The translations under genes and the position numbers were made by a program. Of a DNA stretch of 64,000 bases, positions 58,443 through 64,000 are shown piece by piece (the stretch's first letter is position 1; the number at the start of each line of letters is the position of its first letter). The DNA is taken from contig CATNEN010000029.1 of the NCBI GenBank assembly GCA_950097015.1, positions 434,001 through 498,000 of the forward strand, given 5' to 3'. The notes under the pieces were generated by a model. The model saw nothing but the letters and a program-made list of their open reading frames with translations, had not been told where the DNA came from and did not search any database. This DNA comes from Macrostomum hystrix (taxonomy: Eukaryota; Animalia; Platyhelminthes).

Positions 58443-58977
58443 TCTGCCTGAGAACAGAGTTACTGCGTGTAACAGCCGAACAAACTGTTGCACAACTAGG
58501 CTACAATTACCCATGAAATTTTCGCATGAAAGCCATTAAATAATACAAGAAAAGCAATGAAAAAGCAACTTACGGTTCTCAAATACGGTCAGAGTGACAG
58601 CAAAAGCACTGTTTTCCTAACGACAGTATCATACAGATCACCGAAGTCTACGCTCGTACAAGACAAACAAAATGCTGCACTTTATTTGTCTTAACTGCTT
58701 TTCTATATGTAGTGTGCTGCTATCGCTTCGTCTTTTTTCCTGCATTCAGAGATCAACCTTCTCAGATAAAGGAATCGGAGTCTATAATGCAAATTTAACG
58801 TACGCAGGGCTCAATGACTAACGTTCTAGTCATTTTCTGCACGTGTATTCAGCGCAGTGAGTTGACAGGGAAAATACTTTCTTAACAGGCTCTCGATTCA
58901 TTTTCTTATCACCTTTTAGGTATCTGAGTGCCCCCCACTCCGATATTTCAGGGCTTTCATTTCTATTTATTTCATTT

Positions 58978-61900
58978 CTACAGTTCGATACCCTCCGATC
59001 CTTCAGTTCGATACCCTCCTATCCTTCAGTTCGATACCCTCCGATCCTTCAGTTCGATACCCTCCGATCCTTAGTTCGATACCCTCCTATCCTTCAGTTC
59101 GATACCCTCCGATCCTTAGTTCGATACCCTCCTATCCTTAGTTCGATACCCTCCTATCCTTCAGTTCGATACCCTCCGATCCTTCAGTTCGATACCCTCC
59201 TATCCTTCAGTTCGATACCCTCCGATCCTTAGTTCGATACCCTCCTATCCTTCAGTTCGATACCCTCCGATCCTACAGTTCGATACCCTCCGATCCTTAG
59301 TTCGATACCCTCCTATCCTTAGTTCGATACCCTCCTATCCTTCAGTTCGATACCCTCCGATCCTTCAGTTCGCTACCCTCCGATCCTTAGTTCGATACCC
59401 TCCTATCCTTCAGTTCGATACCCTCCGATCCTTAGTTCGATACCCTCCTATCCTTAGTTCGATACCCTCCTATCCTTCAGTTCGATACCCTCCGATCCTT
59501 CAGTTCGATACCCTCCTATCCTTCAGTTCGATACCCTCCGATCCTTAGTTCGATACCCTCCTATCCTTCAGTTCGATACCCTCCTATCCTTCAGTTCGAT
59601 ACCCTCCGATCCTTCAGTTCGATACCCTCCGATCCTTAGTTCGATACCCTCCTATCCTTCAGTTCGATACCCTCCGATCCTTAGTTCGATACCCTCCTAT
59701 CCTTAGTTCGATACCCTCCTATCCTTCAGTTCGATACCCTCCGATCCTTAGTTCGATACCCTCCTATCCTTCAGTTCGATACCCTCCGATCCTACAGTTC
59801 GATACCCTCCGATCCTTAGTTCGATACCCTCCGATCCTTCAGTTCGATACCCTCCGATCCTTCAGTTCGCTACCCTCCGATCCTTCAGTTCGCTACCCTC
59901 CGATCCTTCAGTTCGATACCCTCCGATCCTTCAGTTCGCTACCCTCCGATCCTTCAGTTCGCTACCCTCCGATCCTTCAGTTCGCTACCCTCCGATCCTT
60001 CAGTTCGCTACCCTCCGATCCTTCAGTTCGATACCCTCCGATCCTTCAGTTCGATACCCTCCGATCCTTCAGTTCGATACCCTCCGATCCTTCAGTTCGC
60101 TACCCTCCGATCCTTCAGTTCGCTACCCTCCGATCCTTCAGTTCGATACCCTCCGATCCTTCAGTTCGCTACCCTCCGATCCTTCAGTTCGCTACCCTCC
60201 GATCCTTCAGTTCGCTACCCTCCGATCCTTCAGTTCGCTACCCTCCGATCCTTCAGTTCGATACCCTCCGATCCTTCAGTTCGATACCCTCCGATCCTTC
60301 AGTTCGATACCCTCCGATCCTTCAGTTCGCTACCCTACGATCCTTCAGTTCGATACCCTCCGATCCTTCAGTTCGCTACCCTCCGATCCTTCAGTTCGAT
60401 ACCCTCCGATCCTTCAGTTCGATACCCTCCGATCCTTCAGTTCGCTTACCCTCCGATCCTTCAGTTCGATACCCTCCGATCCTTCAGTTCGATACCCTCC
60501 GATCCTTCAGTTCGCTTTACCCTCCGATCCTTCAGTTCGCTACCCTCCGATCCTTCAGTTCGATACCCTCCTATCCTTCAGTTCGATACCCTCCGATCCT
60601 ACAGTTCGATACCCTCCGATCCTTAGTTCGATACCCTCCGATCCTTAGTTCGATACCCTCCTATCCTTAGTTCGATACCCTCCTATCCTTCAGTTCGATA
60701 CCCTCCGATCCTTCAGTTCGATACCCTCCGATCCTTCAGTTCGCTACCCTCCGATCCTTAGTTCGATACCCTCCTATCCTTCAGTTCGATACCTCCGATC
60801 CTTAGTTCGATACCCTCCTATCCTTCAGTTCGATACCCTCCGATCCTCAGTTCGATACCCTCCGATCCTTAGTTCGATACCCTCCTATCCTTCAGTTCGA
60901 TACCCTCCGGATCCTACAGTTCGATACCCTCCGATCCTTAGTTCGATACCCTCCCTATCCTTAGTTCGATACCCTCCTATCCTTCAGTTCGATACCCTCC
61001 GATCCTGCAGTTCGATACCCTCCGATCCTTAGTTCGATACCCTCCTATCCTTCAGTTCGATACCCTCCGATCCTACAGTTCGATACCCTCCGATCCTTAG
61101 TTCGATACCCTCCTATCCTTAGTTCGATACCCTCCTATCCTTCAGTTCGATACCCTCCGATCCTTCAGTTCGATACCCTCCGATCCTTCAGTTCGCTACC
61201 CTCCTATCCTTCAGTTCGATACCCTCCGATCCTACAGTTCGATACCCTCCGATCCTTAGTTCGATACCCTCCTATCCTTAGTTCGATACCCTCCTATCCT
61301 TCAGTTCGATACCCTCCGATCCTTCAGTTCGATACCCTCCGATCCTTCAGTTCGATACCCTCCGATCCTTCAGTTCGATACCCTCCGATCCTTCAGTTCG
61401 ATACCCTCCGATCCTTCAGTTCGATACCCTCCTATCCTTCAGTTCGATACCCTCCTATCCTACAGTTCGATACCCTCCGATCCTTCAGTTGGCTTTACCC
61501 TCCGATCCTTCAGTTCGATACCCTCCGATCCTTCAGTTGGCTTTACCCTCCGATCCTTCAGTTCGATACCCTCCGATCCTTCAGTTCGATACCCTCGATC
61601 CTTCAGTTCGATACCCTCCGATCCTTCAGTTCGATACCCTCCGATCCTTCAGTTCGCTACCCTCCGATCCTTCAGTTCGCTACCCTCCGATCCTTCAGTT
61701 CGCTACCCTCCGATCCTTCAGTTCGCTACCCTCCGATCCTTCAGTTCGATACCCTCCGATCCTTCAGTTCGATACCCTCCGATCCTTCAGTTCGATACCC
61801 TCCGATCCTTCAGTTCGCTACCCTCCGATCCTTCAGTTCGATACCCTCCGATCCTTCAGTTCGCTACCCTCCGATCCTTCAGTTCGATACCCTCCGATCC

Positions 61901-63985
61901 TTCAGTTCGATACCCTCCGATCCTTCAGTTCGCTTTACCTCCGATCCTTCAGTTCGATACCCTCCGATCCTTCAGTTCGATACCCTCCGATCCTTCAGTT
62001 CGCTTTACCCCTCCGATCCTTCAGTTCGCTACCCTCCGATCCTTCAGTTCGATACCCTCCTATCCTTCAGTTCGATACCCTCCGATCCTACAGTTCGATA
62101 CCCTCCGATCCTTAGTTCGATACCCTCCGATCCTCAGTTCGATACCCTCCTATCCTTAGTTCGATACCCTCCTATCCTTCAGTTCGATACCCTCCGATCC
62201 TTCAGTTCGATACCCTCCGATCCTTCAGTTCGCTACCCTCCGATCCTTAGTTCGATACCCTCCTATCCTTCAGTTCGATACCCTCCGATCCTTAGTTCGA
62301 TACCCTCCTATCCTTCAGTTCGATACCCTCCGATCCTCAGTTCGATACCCTCCGATCCTTAGTTCGATACCCTCCTATCCTTCAGTTCGATACCCTCCGA
62401 TCCTACAGTTCGATACCCTCCGATCCTTAGTTCGATACCCTCCTATCCTTAGTTCGATACCCTCCTATCCTTCAGTTCGATACCCTCCGATCCTTCAGTT
62501 CGATACCCTCCGATCCTTAGTTCGATACCCTCCTATCCTTCAGTTCGATACCCTCCGATCCTACAGTTCGATACCTCCGATCCTTAGTTCGATACCCTCC
62601 TATCCTTAGTTCGATACCCTCCTATCCTTCAGTTCGATACCCTCCGATCCTTCAGTTCGATACCCCTCCGATCCTTCAGTTCGCTACCCTCCTATCCTTC
62701 AGTTCGATACCCTCCGATCCTACAGTTCGATACCCTCCGATCCTTAGTTCGATACCCTCCGATCCTTCAGTTCGATACCCTCCCGATCCTTCAGTTCGAT
62801 ACCCTCCGATCCTTCAGTTCGATACCCTCCGATCCTTCAGTTCGATACCCTCCGATCCTTCAGTTCGATACCCTCCGATCCTTCAGTTCGATACCCTCCG
62901 ATCCTTCAGTTCGATACCCTCCTATCCTTCAGTTCGATACCCTCCGATTCTACAGTTCGATACCCTCCGATCCTTCAGTTCGCTACCCTCCGATCCTTCA
63001 GTCGCTACCCTCCGATCCTTCAGTTCGATACCCTCCGATCCTTCAGTTCGCTACCCTCCGATCCTTCAGTTCGCTACCCTCCGATCCTTAGTTCGATACC
63101 CTCCTATCCTTCAGTTCGATACCCTCCGATCCTTAGTTCGATACCCTCCTATCCTTAGTTCGATACCCTCCGATCCTCAGTTCGATACCCTCCGATCCTT
63201 AGTTCGATACCCTCCTATCCTTCAGTTCGATACCCTCCGATCCTACAGTTCGATACCCTCCGATCCTTAGTTCGATACCCTCCTATCCTTAGTTCGATAC
63301 CCTCCTATCCTTCAGTTCGATACCCTCCGATCCTTCAGTTCGATACCCTCCGATCCTTAGTTCGATACCCTCCTATCCTTCAGTTCGATACCCTCCGATC
63401 CTTCAGTTTCGATACCCTCCGATCCTTAGTTCGATACCCTCCTATCCTTAGTTCGATACCCTCCTATCCTTCAGTTCGATACCCTCCGATCCTTCAGTTC
63501 GATACCCCTCCGATCCTTCAGTTCGATACCCTCGATCCTTCAGTTCGATACCCTCCGATCCTTCAGTTCGATACCCTCCGATCCTTCAGTTCGATACCCT
63601 CCTATCCTTCAGTTCGATACCCTCCTATCCTACAGTTCGATACCCTCCGATCCTTCAGTTGGCTTTACCCTCCGATCCTTCAGTTCGATACCCTCCGATC
63701 CTTCAGTTGGCTTTACCCTCCGATCCTTCAGTTCGATACCCTCCGATCCTTCAGTTCGATACCCTCCGATCCTTCAGTTCGATACCCTCCGATCCTTCAG
63801 TTCGATACCCTCCTATCCTTCAGTTCGATACCCTCCGATCCTTCAGTTCGATACCCTCCTATCCTTCAGTTTCGATACCCTCCTATCCTACAGTTCGATA
63901 CCCTCCGATCCTTTAGTTGGCTTTACCCTCCGATCCTTCAGTTCGATACCCTCCGATCCTTCAGTTGGCTTTACCCTCCGATCCT
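58978..63985. repeat. About 5-kb 22-23-bp minisatellite with higher-order duplication
   Basis: Unit CAGTTCGATACCCTCCGATCCTT, with variants TAGTTCGATACCCTCCTATCCT and CGCTACCC. Confidence 0.97.
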
Positions 63986-64000
63986 TTGTAGCAGCAAATT

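Overview
This is a 64-kb eukaryotic (metazoan) genomic window with spliceosomal GT-AG introns, GC-rich exons and AT-rich intergenic DNA. About 27 kb (roughly 40%, hand estimate) is minisatellite. That architecture resembles the flatworm Macrostomum lignano genome, but the species assignment is inference only. Seven protein-coding genes can be assembled exon by exon with consistent splice phases: LIM-domain-binding protein LDB/Chip (-), DENN-domain Rab GEF MADD/AEX-3 (+), a GPI-type Ly6/three-finger protein (+), a divergent COUP-TF/NR2F nuclear receptor (+), an SLK/STK10-type Ste20 kinase (-), an intronless p62/SQSTM1 (-), and a RING + NHL-like beta-propeller E3 ligase (malin/TRIM-NHL-like, -) with a 1-nt frameshift. 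Two tRNA-derived SINE families and about 26 distinct minisatellite arrays are present. The most unusual pattern is that most MADD introns, and several introns in other genes, each carry their own unrelated array. These arrays often start or end within a few bases of a splice site, many units have an inverted-repeat core, and one is built from tandem GT...CAG units. No CRISPR, rRNA or intact tRNA genes were found. All homology calls are from recalled family motifs, not database searches. Array boundaries are approximate.
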